Positions 38,495 through 51,400 of a stretch of DNA of 64,000 nucleotides are shown in pieces. Positions within the stretch are counted from its first letter, which is position 1; the number at the start of each line of letters is the position of its first letter. The position numbers were made by a program, and so were the translations under genes. Source of the DNA: Okamejei kenojei (lineage: Eukaryota). The stretch is taken from NCBI GenBank assembly GCA_035221665.1, contig CM069162.1, forward strand, positions 25,544,001 to 25,608,000. Reading direction: 5' to 3'. The notes beneath the pieces were generated by a model. It was not told the origin of the DNA, ran no database searches, and was given only the letters and a program-made list of their open reading frames with translations.

Positions 38495-39427
38495 ATGAAG
38501 GCCAGGGCAGTGTACTGTTCTGGATGTCAGATGAGGGAGGTCAGGGAATTTGATAGCCCTCCAGACGTCCACATGTGCGCCAGGTGTGTCGAGATGGGGC
38601 TCCTAATGGACTGTGTTAGGAACCTGGAGCAGCAGCTCGATGACCTCCATCTGGTCAGGGAGAGTGAGGAGGTCATAGAGAGGAGCTACAGGGAGGTAGT
38701 CACTCCCAGACCACAGGAGGCAGACAAGTGGGTCACAGTTAGGAAGGGCAAGGGGCAGAGGCAAGGGCTAGAGAGTACCCCTGTGACCGTACACCTGGAA
38801 AATAGGTACTCGGGTTTGAGTACGATTGGAGGGGACAGCCTAGCTGGGGGCAGCAACAGCGGCCGGGCCTCCGGCACAGAGACCGGCCCTGATGCTCAGA
38901 AGGGTAGCAAAAAGAGGAGGGCAATTGTAATACGGGACTTTATAGTTAGGGGGTCGGATAGGCGATTCTGTGGACGCAGTTGGGAGACCTGGATGGTAGT
39001 TTGCCTCCCTGGTGCCAGGGTCTCGCATGTGTCAGAACGTGTCCAAAAGATTCTGATAAGGGAGGGAGAGGAGCCTGATGTTGTGGTACACATAGGTACC
39101 AATGACATAGGCAGAAAAAGTGACGAGGTCCTGAAGGGAGAATTTAGGGAGTTGGGGGGAAAGTTAAGGAGAAGGACCAAAAGGGTAACGATTTCAGGAT
39201 TGCTGCCTGTGCCGCGTGACAGTGAGAGTAGGAATGAAATGAGGTGGAGGATAAATGCGTGGCTGGGGGACTGGTGCAGTGGGCAGGGATTCAAGTTCCT
39301 TGATCACTGGGACCTCTTTTGGAGAAGGCATGATCTGTACACAAAGGACGGGTTGCACTTGAACCCGAGGGGGACCAATATCCTGGCAGGGAGATTTGCA
39401 AAGGCTACTGGGGAGACTTTAAACTAG
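38495..39427 (+). CDS. CR1 ORF1p: Cys-rich finger + coiled coil + SGNH esterase-like domain
   Basis: CSGC...CARC; IVIRDF (degenerate GDS block), CLPGA, HIGTND, DGLHLN. Open 310-aa frame. Confidence 0.88.
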   Translation: MKARAVYCSGCQMREVREFDSPPDVHMCARCVEMGLLMDCVRNLEQQLDDLHLVRESEEVIERSYREVVTPRPQEADKWVTVRKGKGQRQGLESTPVTVHLENRYSGLSTIGGDSLAGGSNSGRASGTETGPDAQKGSKKRRAIVIRDFIVRGSDRRFCGRSWETWMVVCLPGARVSHVSERVQKILIREGEEPDVVVHIGTNDIGRKSDEVLKGEFRELGGKLRRRTKRVTISGLLPVPRDSESRNEMRWRINAWLGDWCSGQGFKFLDHWDLFWRRHDLYTKDGLHLNPRGTNILAGRFAKATGETLN

Positions 39428-39474
39428 AAAGGCTGGGGGGAGGGACTCGGGTAGAGGGGGCTAGGGGTCAGGGT

Positions 39475-42437
39475 GTGGGGCAAGAGGCAGAGAAGGGAAA
39501 CACTCGGACCCAAAATGTAGGTGAGAAAGATGAAAAAGATAATAGACAGAGAATAAGGGATGGTGGGTTTCTAAAATGTGTATATTTTAATGCTAGGAGC
39601 ATTGTAAGTAAGGTGGATGAACTTAGAGCCTGGATTGACACCTGGAAATATGATGTTGTGGCAATCAGTGAAACATGGTTGCAGGAGGGCTGTGATTGGA
39701 AACTAAATATTCCAGGATTTCGTTGATTCAGGTGTGATAGAATTGGAGGGACCAGAGGGGGAGGTGTTGCATTGCTTGTCAGAGAGGATATTACAGCAGT
39801 GCTTTGGCAGGATAGATTAGAGGGCTCGTCTAGGGAGGCTATTTGGGTGGAACTGAGAAGTGGGAATGGTGTAGCAACACTTTTAGGGGTGTACTATAGA
39901 CTGCCAAATGGGGAGCGAAAATTGGAAGAGCAAATATGTAAGGAGATAGCAGATATTAGTAGTAAGCACAAGGTAGTGATTGTGGGAGATTTTAATTTTC
40001 CAAAAATAGACTGGGAAACACATTCTGTAAATGGGCTGGATGGTTTGGAGTTTGTAAAATGTGTGCAGGATAGTTTTTTGCAGCAGTACATAGAGGTATC
40101 GACCAGAGAAGGGGCAGTGCTGGACCTCCTGTTAGGAAATGAGGCAGGTCAGGTGACGGAGGTATGCGTTGGTGAGCACTTCGGGACCAGTGATCACAAT
40201 ACCATTAGTTTCAATATAATTATGGAGAGTGTCAGAACTGGACCTAGGGTGGAGATTTTTGATTGGAGAAAGGCTAACTTTGAGGGAATGCGTAAGGATT
40301 TTAAAGGAGTGAATTGGGACACTTTGTTTCATGGGAAGGATGTAGAAGAGAAATGGAGGACATTTAAAGGGAAAATTGTAAGAGTACAGAATCTTTATGT
40401 CCCTGTTAGATTGAAAGGAAATAGTAAAAAATTGGAAAGAGCCATGGTTTTCAAGGGAAATTGGACACTTGTTTCAAAAAAGAGAGATATCTACAATAAT
40501 TATAGGAGGCATGGAGTAAATGAGGTGCTAGAGGAGTATAAAGAATGTAAAAAGAATCTTAAGAAAGAAATTAGGAAGGCTAAAAGAAGATATGAGGTTG
40601 CTTTGGCAAGAAAGGTGAAAGTAAATCCAAAGGGTTTCTACAGCTATATTAATAGCAAAAGGATAACGAGGGATAAAATTGGACCATTAGAGAACCAGAA
40701 TGGACAGCTATCTGCAGAGCCAAAAGAGATGGGGGAGATATTGAACAATTTCTTTTCTTCGGTATTCACCAAGGAGAAGGATATTGAACTCTGAGGTAAG
40801 GGAAAAAAGTAGAGTAGCTATGGAAACAATGAGATTCAAAGAGGAGGAAGTACTGACACTTTTGAAAAATATAAAAGTGGATAAGTCTCCAGGTCCTGAC
40901 AGGATATTCCCTAGGACACTGAGGGAAGTTAGTGTAGAAATAGCAGGAGCTATGACAGAAATATTTCAAATGTTATTAGAAACGGGAATAGTGCCGGAGG
41001 ATTGGCGTACTGCGCATGTTGTTCCATTGTTTAAAAAGGGTTCAAAGAATAAACCTAGCAATTATAGACCTATTAGTTTGACGTCAGTGGTGGGCAAATT
41101 AATGGAAAGGATACTTAGAGATAATATATATAAGCATCTGGATAAACAGGGTCTGATCAGGAACAGTCAACATGGATTTGTGCCTGAAAGGTCATGTTTG
41201 ACAAACCTTCTTGAATTTTTTGAAGCGGTAACTAGGGAAATTGATGAGGGTTAAAGCAGTGGATGTTGTCTATATGGATTTCAGTAAGGACTTTGACAAG
41301 GTTCCCCATGGAAGGTTGGTTAAGAAGGTTCAATCTTTGGGTGTTAATGGCGGAGTAGCAAGATGGATTCAACAGTGGCTGAATGGAAGATGTCAGAGAG
41401 TAATGGTGGATGGCTGTTTGTCAGGTTGGAAGCCGGTGACCAGTGGGGTGCCTCAGGGATCTGTGTTGGGTCCACTGTTGTTTGTCATGTACATCAATGA
41501 TCTGGATGATGCGGTGGAAAATTGGATAAGTAAGTATGTAGATGATACTAAGATAGGTGGTGTTGTGGATAATGAATTAGATTTTCAAAGTCTACAGAGA
41601 GATTTGGGCCATTTGGAAAAGTGGGCTGAAAGATGGCAGATGGAGTTTAATGCTGTTAAGTGTGAAGTGCTACATCTTGGCAGGACAAATCAAAATAGGA
41701 CGTACACGGTAAATGGTAGGGAATTGAGGAATGCTGTGGAACAGAGGGATCTAGGAATAACTGTTCATAGTTCCCTGAAGGTGGAATCGCATGTAGATAG
41801 GGTGGTAAAGAAAGCCTTTGGTGTGATGGCCTTTATAAATCAGAGCATTGAATATAGGAGTAGGGAAGTAATGTTAAAATTGTACAAGGCATTGGTAAGA
41901 CCAATTCTGGAGTATGGTGTACAATTTTGGTCGCCTAATTATAGGAAGGATGTCAACAAAGTAGAGAGAGTACAGAGGAGATTTACTAGAATGTTGCCAG
42001 GGTTCCAGCAACTATGTTACAGAGAAAGGTTGAACAAGTTAGGTCTTTATTCTTTGGAGCACAGAAGGTTAAGGGGGGACTTGATTGAGGTCTTTAAAAT
42101 GATGAAAGGGATAGACAGAGTTGACGTGGATAAGTTTTTCCCATTGAGGGTAGGGAAGATTCAAACAAGAGGGCATGACATGAGAATTAAGGGACAGAAG
42201 TTTAGGGGTAACGTGAGGGGGAACTTCTTTACTCAGAGGGTGGTGGCTGTGTGGAATGAGCTTCCAGCAGAAGTGGTGGAGGCAGGATTGATTTTAACAT
42301 TTAAAGGTAAAGTGGATAGGTATATGGACGTGAAGGGAATGGAGGGGTATGGTCTGAGTGCAGGTAGATGGGACGAGGGGAAAACAAATGGCCGGCACGG
42401 ACTGGAAGGGCCGAGAGGGCCTGTTTCCGTGCTGTAA
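39475..42437 (+). pseudogene. CR1 ORF2 (APE + RT) with a stop and frameshifts
   Basis: YFNARSI, ISETW, VGDFN, SDH, KSPGPD, NYRPISLTS, GVPQGSVLGP, YVDD. TGA at 39724; frameshifts near 40790 and 41250. Confidence 0.92.
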
Positions 42438-43029
42438 TTGTTATATGGTTATATGGTTATTGTCATAATGACAGCATTCCTCAAGAGGTGAAAGTCACAA
42501 AACTGCTGATGTTGGAAATCTGACAAGAGCCGTCTACCCGAAATATATGGTCTGTTTCTCTTTCCCCACACATTGTCTGGTGTGCTGAGTGTTATCTGTT
42601 TATATTCACAAGTGGGCTGTGGCCCGTGCTCACAGGCACAATGTCTGCTGGATGTAAGCTGGCCAGGGTGGAATAATGTAGATTGCAATGTGCGATGGAA
42701 ATTCTGAATCATGAACTCCATTGTGTTTGTGGTCAGGGAGAAACTTCTCAGCCAATAGCTTTCTCCGTGGTCACCCAGTTCTGCAATGAGATGGAATGAA
42801 TTCATCCCAATGTGAATGATGTCAGATTCTCCAAGAAATACAAGCTCCATGAAACAGGTGCCCTTCATTCCAGGATTACTGAGTCACGTCAGAATGGGTG
42901 GGTCACTCTACCATTTGCCTCGGGTGAGCAGCCAACATAATCACAGTCCACTCACACCCTGGTCATTCTCTCTTCTCCCCTCTCCAATTTGTATAAAGGC
43001 TTGTCAGCACAGTCTACCACATTCAAGAA

Positions 43030-43625
43030 CAGACAATAGACAATAGGTGCAGGAGTAGGCCATTTGGTCCTTCGAGCCAGCACTGCCATTCAATGCGATC
43101 ATGGCTGATCATCCCCAGTCAGTACCCCATTCCTGCCTTCTCCCCATATCCCCTGACATCGCTATTTTTAAGAGCCCTATCTAGCTCTCTATTGAAAGCA
43201 TCCAGAGAACCTGCCTCCACCGCCCTCTGAGGCAGAGAATTCCACAGACTCACCACTCTGTGTGAGAAAAAGTGTTTCCTCGTCTCCATTCTAAATGGCT
43301 TACTCCTTATTCTTAAACTGTGGCCCCTGGTTCTGGGCTCCCCCAACATCGGGAACATGTTTCCTGCCTCCAGCGTGTCCAAGCCCTTAACAATCTTATA
43401 TGTTTCAATGAGATTCCCTCTAATCCTTCTAAACTCCAGAGCATACAAGCCCAGCTGCTTCATTCTCTCAGCATATGACAGTTCCGCCCTCCCGGGAATT
43501 AACCTTGTAAACCTACACTGCACTCCCTCAATAGCAAGAATGTCCTTCCTCAAATTAGGGGATCAAAACTGCACACAATACTCCAGGTGTGGTCTCACTA
43601 GGGCTCTGTACAACTGCAGAAGACT
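43030..43625 (-). mobile_element. CR1 LINE 3' fragment (same subfamily as 17665-18468)
   Basis: ORF 43119-43553 is highly similar to 17752-18402. Confidence 0.88.
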
Positions 43626-45684
43626 TCTTTAAAGACCTCTCATATGTTAAGTTTCCCTGATCTTCTCCCCTACCTCGTTGTAGCACTCCAGTGCTGGAGT
43701 CCAGACAAAAGATTCTGTGGTGGCAATCTGTCTCAATACCTGGAACGTATTGCCTCGGGTAGTGGTTGAGGCAGGTACGATAATGGCATCCCAGAAACTA
43801 TTGGATATGGATGTGCAGGGAATGGAGGGATATGAATTATGTGCAGGTAGATAAGAATTGGTCTTGGCATCATGTTTGGCACAGACATTTTGGGCTGAAG
43901 GGCCTGTTGTGGTGCTGTACTGTTCTATGTTTAGGATGAGACACTAAACCAAGGGCCCCGTTCCCTCTCAAATTCTAGATTCCACAATATTATTGGAAGA
44001 AGATCAAGGTAATTACTTCTCTTGGGTAAAAACCATATTTAAACAACATTAGTAAAAACTAATAATTTGGTCATTTTCAAATCCTGCTTGAGGGATTTTG
44101 CTCTGTGAAAATCTCTAGGTCTGTTTCCTGCATTACAACATAAATGACAATTCAAAAGTGTTGCAATGACCACTTTGGGACTTGCTGCTTTGAAGCATGT
44201 TCTAAAAATGCAAGTAACTCTTTATATCAACTCTCTTCAAACATTTTTGATTAGATCCAAGGTTATAACTTGATCGGTGTCCTTCCCAGAGGAGCAGTCA
44301 CCTGAACTGGGATCACCTGCCAATCAGGCAGGTTCTATCAAACACAGAAAATAATTTGATGTAATAGCAGTACCAGTTGCTAATACAATGAATTATTTAA
44401 ACAGGGCGTTTACATAGAACATTAGGTCATCTAATGAGGTTGGTACAGAGGAGAATGGTGCAGCATATGACTCAGAGCAAACAAAGACAATTTATGGAAA
44501 ATAATGAGTTCACATAGAACAGTGCAAAGAGGGTCTGCAATATCTCCAACGAGAAGGAAATGCAATGAGTTGAGGATAAATTATGTACAATGAGTTCCTC
44601 AGCAGTGTGGGCACCATGACTGCAGTAAAATATAAGCAGGAAATCTGGGCACATTCAATAACCAGGAACATCAGTGGTTCACACCAGTGGCCTTTATTCT
44701 TTACAAATGGAAGTTAAAGACTGATTTTTTTTCAATGTATGGTTCATAATAGAGTCCACAGTAGAAGGGAGAGTGGGGAAGGGTATCCTTTTAAACTTCT
44801 TTTGCTGCACTGTTCAGTGTTTTGAACAGATTCAACCTGTTAGGCATTTTATTCAGTTTCAAACCAAGTTTGAATATTTAGCGGTTTCCCTTCAGGAACC
44901 TGAAATGGTTGTTAGATTTTAATATGCTTACTCAGCTCCAGTGGACTTCCAGCAGTAAGTGTTTGAGCTTTCATGATCCAGTTTACTTACAAGAGCAAAA
45001 CACCTGCTGGAGAAACTCTGCAGGCCAGATGGCGTTTTAAGTTGGGACCCTTCTTCAGACTATCCATTCCCTCCACAGATGCTGCCTGACCCGCTGAGAC
45101 TTTCTAGCATTTTATGTTTTGCTGAAAATTCCAACATCTGCAGTTTTTTATGTCTCCGATAATTTATTGTACATTTATTGTTGTTATTTAGCCTGTAAAG
45201 CAGCAGCAAGTAGGAATTTCATATTTCTGGTTCATAATCATATGGACACAGAAAAAGATCCTTTGGCCCAACTTGTCCATGCCGACCAAGATGCTCCATC
45301 TAAGCTAGTCCCATTTGCCCGTGTTTGGCCTATATTTCTCCAAACCTTTTCTTAAATTTTGTATCCATGTCTTTTAAATGCCATTATAGTACCTGTCTCA
45401 ACTACCTTCTCTGGCTGTTCGTTCCATAGGCCCACCACCCTCTGCATTGATATTCAGTTCATGCGCCAAATAACTAGCAACCTTGATGAACTTACAAATT
45501 CAATGTGCAGGTCTATAACCTGGATATGCTGTGATAACTCAATTCCTTATAAATATCACAACTGATTACTGGGAACATAAAAGTGGATGGTAAAAGGTTC
45601 TACAAACATGTAAAAAGAAAAAAGATTAGTGAAGTCAAATGTAGGTCCCTTACAGACAAAAACAGGAGAAAATATAGAAACAAG

Positions 45685-45875
45685 AAACGGCAGATGCTGG
45701 TTTACAAAATCCCCCACAAAATCCTGGTGTAATTCAGCAGGTCAGGCAGCATCCCTGGAGAACATGGATAGGTGATGATTCGGGTCAGGATCCTTATTCG
45801 GACTGAATCAGTCTGAAGAAGGGCCCTGACCCGAAATGTCCCTGACCCGCTGTGGTACTCCAGCACTTTGTGTCC
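45685..45875. repeat. Second Penelope-derived inverted-repeat pair, within a degraded CR1 ORF2 remnant (~45580-46490)
   Basis: ...tcgggtcaggatccttattcggactga / tcagtctgaagaagggccctgacccgaaatgtc... Flanks resemble CR1 ORF2 (cagtcaacatggattt...tcatgtttg). Confidence 0.6.
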
Positions 45876-47499
45876 TTTTTTCAGGAGAAAACATAACAGG
45901 GAACAGGAAAAATGGCAAAAAGAATAAAATAAGTAGTTAGATTATGTCTTCACAGAGGAGAATACGTTACATTACAGAAATCTTCGAATACAAGAATCTG
46001 ACACTAAAGAAAATTAGGATTTGTAAGTAATGACACTGAATGCTGATAAACACAGAGCATAATAATTTATATTATCCCAGAGGAGAAAAAGTGGATGCAT
46101 TGATTGTCAAATTTCCAGAATTCTATCATTCTCTCAGATGGGAGAGCGACAGGAGGAACTCTACAATAGTAAAAAGAAGGGAGAGAGAATACTGGGAACT
46201 ACACCCTGGTTGGCCTGTATCTTCCCTAACATATATAGTGGAGAAAATGCTTGGAACTATTAACATTTCAATGTGATTAGACAGTCAACATGGATTTCTG
46301 GATGTGAAATCATGTTTGCCAAAGCTATTGCAGTTATTGTAAGATCAAGACTGGAGTACCACTGAATGAGGCTGTTGCTACTAAATGCCAATGTTTTCAA
46401 ATGTAATATTAAAAGTTTGCTGAAGAAACCAAACTTGGTGAGATTGTGAATTGTGAGGAGTCTTCAAGGTGACTGAGACAGGATGGGTATGTGGGCTGTT
46501 GGAGGGATTGCTGTATTCGACCTGCACCCTGAATCTGGCTTTGATATAGGGCCCAGTTCCCCTCTTAATTAGTCCTCAGATCGGGACTGCACACAGAGAA
46601 AATCTTGTAATACAGTGGGGAGTTTCAAAAACATGTCCCTGTAAACATGATGGAAGTTAAAATCCTCCACTACGAAAACACCAACAATCTTATATCTTTC
46701 TAATTTGTCTACATCTCTGCTCTGCTTTCTCTTGTTGAGTTTTATGAGGCCTATGGTATATTTCCATCAAAATAAGTGTCCCATTTTCATTCCTAATCTC
46801 TGCCCTAATGGTCTAATGTGAAGAACCTTCCAGGATATCCTGTCTCAGTACCACGACAATGGATTATTTAATCAATCGTACAAAGCCATCTCTTCTTTTC
46901 CATCTCCCGAACCATTTCATTGACCTCCAACATTGCACCATGAAACCTTGAGTTGACAGTTCTGGCTTTCCTTCAGTCATATTTCGGTGATTCTTCAGCC
47001 AAATTTGTTTAAACCTTTTTCCACTGCAAACCTGACTCCAAAGATCTTGGACTCATTCTGGTTCAATACAATCCATCTAGCTTCTACAGTTTCACCTTCC
47101 CAAGGAACAATCCAGATATCTAATGAACATGCTCCTACACCATTCCTGTTGTGACAAATCATCCCAATTGACCTGATATGAGTTGCTTTCAAGTCCATTC
47201 TATAATGAGCCTCAGATTTTGTTTCTGACTCCACCAGACAAGTACAAAAATCAAGAGCAATTTGTGCAGAAATAACAGTCATTCATTTATCATATAGAAT
47301 TGAAGTGAATTAATATATTGCACTTCTTTCATTTCATTGAAGTTTAAATCAGACACCTAAAATATACATCTGAACAAATTTTCTTCTTCACAAGTAACAT
47401 CATACAAATCCCGTAAAACTGCCCCACTGTGAAGTGAATATTGTTGGCTTTTACCACTATTTCCCTCAAACATTTCAACAGAAATAGGTTCTGAACCTG

Positions 47500-48115
47500 T
47501 GCACAAAGAAGGCAAACGCAATGCTGGCATTTATTTCCAGAGGGCTAGAATACAAAAACGGGGATGTAATGCTGAGCCTCGATAAGGTGCTGGTCAGTCT
47601 GGATTTGGAGTATTGTGAGCAATTTTGGGCACCATATGTAAGGAGGGATGAGCTGGCACTGGAGAGAGTCCAGAGGAGGTTTACAAGAATTATCCCAGGA
47701 ATGAGTGTGTTAAAATATGATGAACATTTGATGGCACTGGGCTTGTACTCGCTGGAGTTTAGAAGAATGAGGGGGGACCTCATTAAAACCGACTGAATAG
47801 TGAAAGGCTTGGATAGAGTGAATGAGGAGAATCTAGGACTAGAAGTCATACCTTACGTACGTTCCTTTAGGAAGGAGATGCGAAGGAATTTCTTTAGTCA
47901 GAGGGTGGTGAGTGTGGATTCTTTTGCCACAGAAGGCTGTGAAGGCCAACAGATATTTTTAAGGCAGTGAGAGATAGATTCTTGATGAGTACTGGTGTCA
48001 GGGGTTAAGGGGAGAAGGGATAGGAGGGAGAGATACATCAGCCATGAGTAAATGGCAGAGTCGACTTGTAGGGCCAAATGGCCTACTTCTGCTCCTATCA
48101 CTTATGACCTTTTAA
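47500..48115 (+). mobile_element. CR1 LINE 3' fragment
   Basis: MLAFISRGLEYK...LEYCEQFWAPY...VQRRFTRIIP...RMRGDLI plus a 3' UTR. Confidence 0.85.
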
Positions 48116-48426
48116 CCTTATGCACGGAGCTCTGTTTCCGCTGAGTCATATGGAGTTGGCAGTGGAGTCCTGTGATTCCACATGACTACTCAGAACCGAC
48201 AGCAGGGCAGAGGTGGCAAAGGACTGAAACACAATTGATTAACTTTAATATTTTTAATTCCTTCCAAATATTACTTCATTCACTAGAGGGCACCTTCGTT
48301 GGCATGGATGAATTGGGTAGAAAGATGTGTTTACATGATTATAACTATGATAATGACTTTAATTTCAACAATATTTTCAACTGTGTCTCCATCAAAAAAT
48401 AATTATAACTCAATTTGCATTGATAG

Positions 48427-51400
48427 CTGAACATCCATCAAGCACAAATGTCACGTCAAGATGGGATTCAACATCAGAAAGCAACCAAACGACAGAAGCA
48501 TCATCAATATCCAAACCTTCAAAAGAAGGAAACTCAGAATCATCTCAAACAGCAGAATCACACACAAGAGACGGCTCCACTCCAGAAACAACTCGAAAAA
48601 CCCAGCATTCATCACAAAACTCAACAAGCACAATACTTAATTCTTCAGAAAATGTGTCCGTTTCAGAACCTCATTTCATGACACAATTATCAGTCACGAC
48701 ACATTCCTCATCGGAATCATATTCCACATCAACAGAACCTTCATCAGAACCACATCCTACAATAGCAGCATCCACGATTGCCACATCCTCTCAGGCAACA
48801 ACTCCAAAAACCCAGCAATCTGCAAGAACTGAACTTTCATCACAATCCAATCCAAGCACAACCTCCACATCGACACAGGTTTCATCAAAAACTGAATCAC
48901 CCTCAGAAATCCATCAGACCACAGAAGTGCATTCAAGCTCCTTGTCCTCATCAAAAACACATCCAACAACATTACACGAATCATCATCAACAGAGCTTCC
49001 AACAACAGCATATCCAGCATTGACAACCGCTTCATCTGTTAGTGTGTCCCCATCTGAAACCCACCTAACAACAACACCACTATCATCGCCAACTCAGTCC
49101 TCAGCAGAGACCTATTCAACAACAGAAACATCCACAAACAAACCTTCATCAGAAACACATCCAACAACAGTGGAATCGCCAAGCACACAGCATACAACTC
49201 AAGCACATCAAAGCTCAACTGAAGTTTCATCAGCCACTGTGTCGCCAGTTGAATCCCACTCCGCAACTTCATCACTTTCATTGGTTACTGAATCCCCATC
49301 AGAAACACGTTCAACATCTGCACAAGCATCAGTGACAACTGAAACGTCATCAGAATCCCATCCAACTACAGAGGCATCACGAATCACAATGACCTCTTCA
49401 GAAAGACAGCCGACAGCACATGAATCATCAAGTACAGAGCAGTCAACACAAACTCATGGAACAACATCAGAAATTCCCTCAGAAAGTGCGTCATCATCAA
49501 AATCCCTCGCAACAGCAACAACGTCACCTTTGGTCACTGAGAGCTCAGCGGTAACTTATTCTCAATCATCGCAAATCACATCCTCCAACAAATCTGCAAT
49601 AGTCTCACATCCAACGACAGAAGAATCATCGATCACCGTCTCCTCACCTGAAGCACATCAGACAAATACACAGGAACCTTATACATCGACTTATCCAAAG
49701 ACAACACAAGCTTCAACAGAAACTATTTTGACAACCGAAACACATTTAACAACACCTATCTCAAAGGAAACGGAGCCTCCATCAGTAACCTACCCACGCA
49801 CAACAGAAGGCTTATCCACAACAGAATTTTCCTCACCAACACCGAATGGTAGACAGGCATCAGCAACCACATTGTCCACAGCTGAAACACGGTCAAAAAT
49901 ACAGGAATCAATAGGAACGGAGCATTCAACACAAACCATTGCAAGCACGACACAGATTTCTTCAGAGAGTGTGTCCGTTTCAGAACCACATTTCACAACG
50001 CAATTTTCAGGCACGACACATTCCTCATCGGAATCATATTCCACATCAGTGAAAGCTTCCTCAACAACAGAACCTTCATCACAATCACATCCTACCGAAG
50101 CAGCATCCACAATTGCCACATCCTCTCTGGAAACAACTCCAAAAACCCAGCAATCTTCAAGAACTGAACTTTCATCACAATCCAATCCAAACACAACCAA
50201 TTATTCGTCAGTCACCGAGTCCTCTTCAGAAACACATTTAACAACATCAAGTTTATCACAGCTAACCGAGTCCTCAACAGAAACATACTCCACATCGACA
50301 CAGGTTTCATCAAAATCTGAATCACCCTCAGAAATCCATCAGACCACAGAAGTGCCTTCAAGCTCCTTGTCCTCATCAAAAACACATCCAACAACATTAC
50401 ACGAATCATCATCAACAGAGCTGACAACAACAGCATATCCAGCATTGACAACCGCTTCATCTGTTAGTGTGTCCCCATCTGAAACCCACCTAACAACAAC
50501 ACCACTATCATCGCCAACTCAGTCCTCAGCAGAGACCTATCCAACAACACAAACATCCACAAACAAACCTTCATCAGAAACACATCCAACAACAGTGGAA
50601 TCGTCAAGCACACAGCATACAAATCAAGCACATCAAAGCTCAACTGTAGTTTCATCAGTCACTGTGTCGCCAGTTGAATCCCACTCCGCAACTTCATCAT
50701 TTTCATTGGTTACTGAATCCCCATCAGAAACACGTTCAACATCTGCACAAGCATCAGGGACAACTGAAACTTCATCGGAATCCCATCCAACTACAGAGGC
50801 ATCACGAATCACAATGTCCTCTTCAGAAAGACAGCCGACAGCACATGAATCATCAAGTACAGAGCAGTCAACACAAACTCATGGAACAACATCAGAAATT
50901 CCCTCAGAAAGTGCGTCATCATCAAAATCCCTCGCAACAGCAACAACGTCACCTTTGGTCACTGAGAGCTCAGCGGTAACTTATTCTCAATCATCGCAAA
51001 TTACATCCTCCAACAAATCTGCAATAGTCTCACATCCAACGACAGAAGAATCATCGATCACCGTCTCCTCACCTGAAGCACATCAGACAAATACACAGGA
51101 ACCTTATACATCGACTTATCCAAAGACAACACAAGCTTCAACAGAAACTATTTTGACAACAGAAACACATTTAACAACACCAATCTCAAAGGAAACGGAG
51201 CCTCCATCAGTAACCTACCCACGCACAACAGAAGGCTTATCCACAACAGAATTTTCCTCACCAACACCGAATGGTAGACAGGCATCAGCAACCACATTGT
51301 CCACAGCTGAAACACGGTCAGAAACGCAGGAATCAATAAGAACGGGAGCATTCAACACAAACCATTGCAAGCACGCCACAGAATTCTTCAGAGAGTGTGT

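Larger units (their letters stand above)
38038..42459 (+). mobile_element. Full-length CR1 LINE
   Basis: Tandem-repeat 5' UTR, intact ORF1, ORF2 with a few lesions, 3' UTR and (ttatatgg)n tail. Exact 5' boundary is uncertain. Confidence 0.92.
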
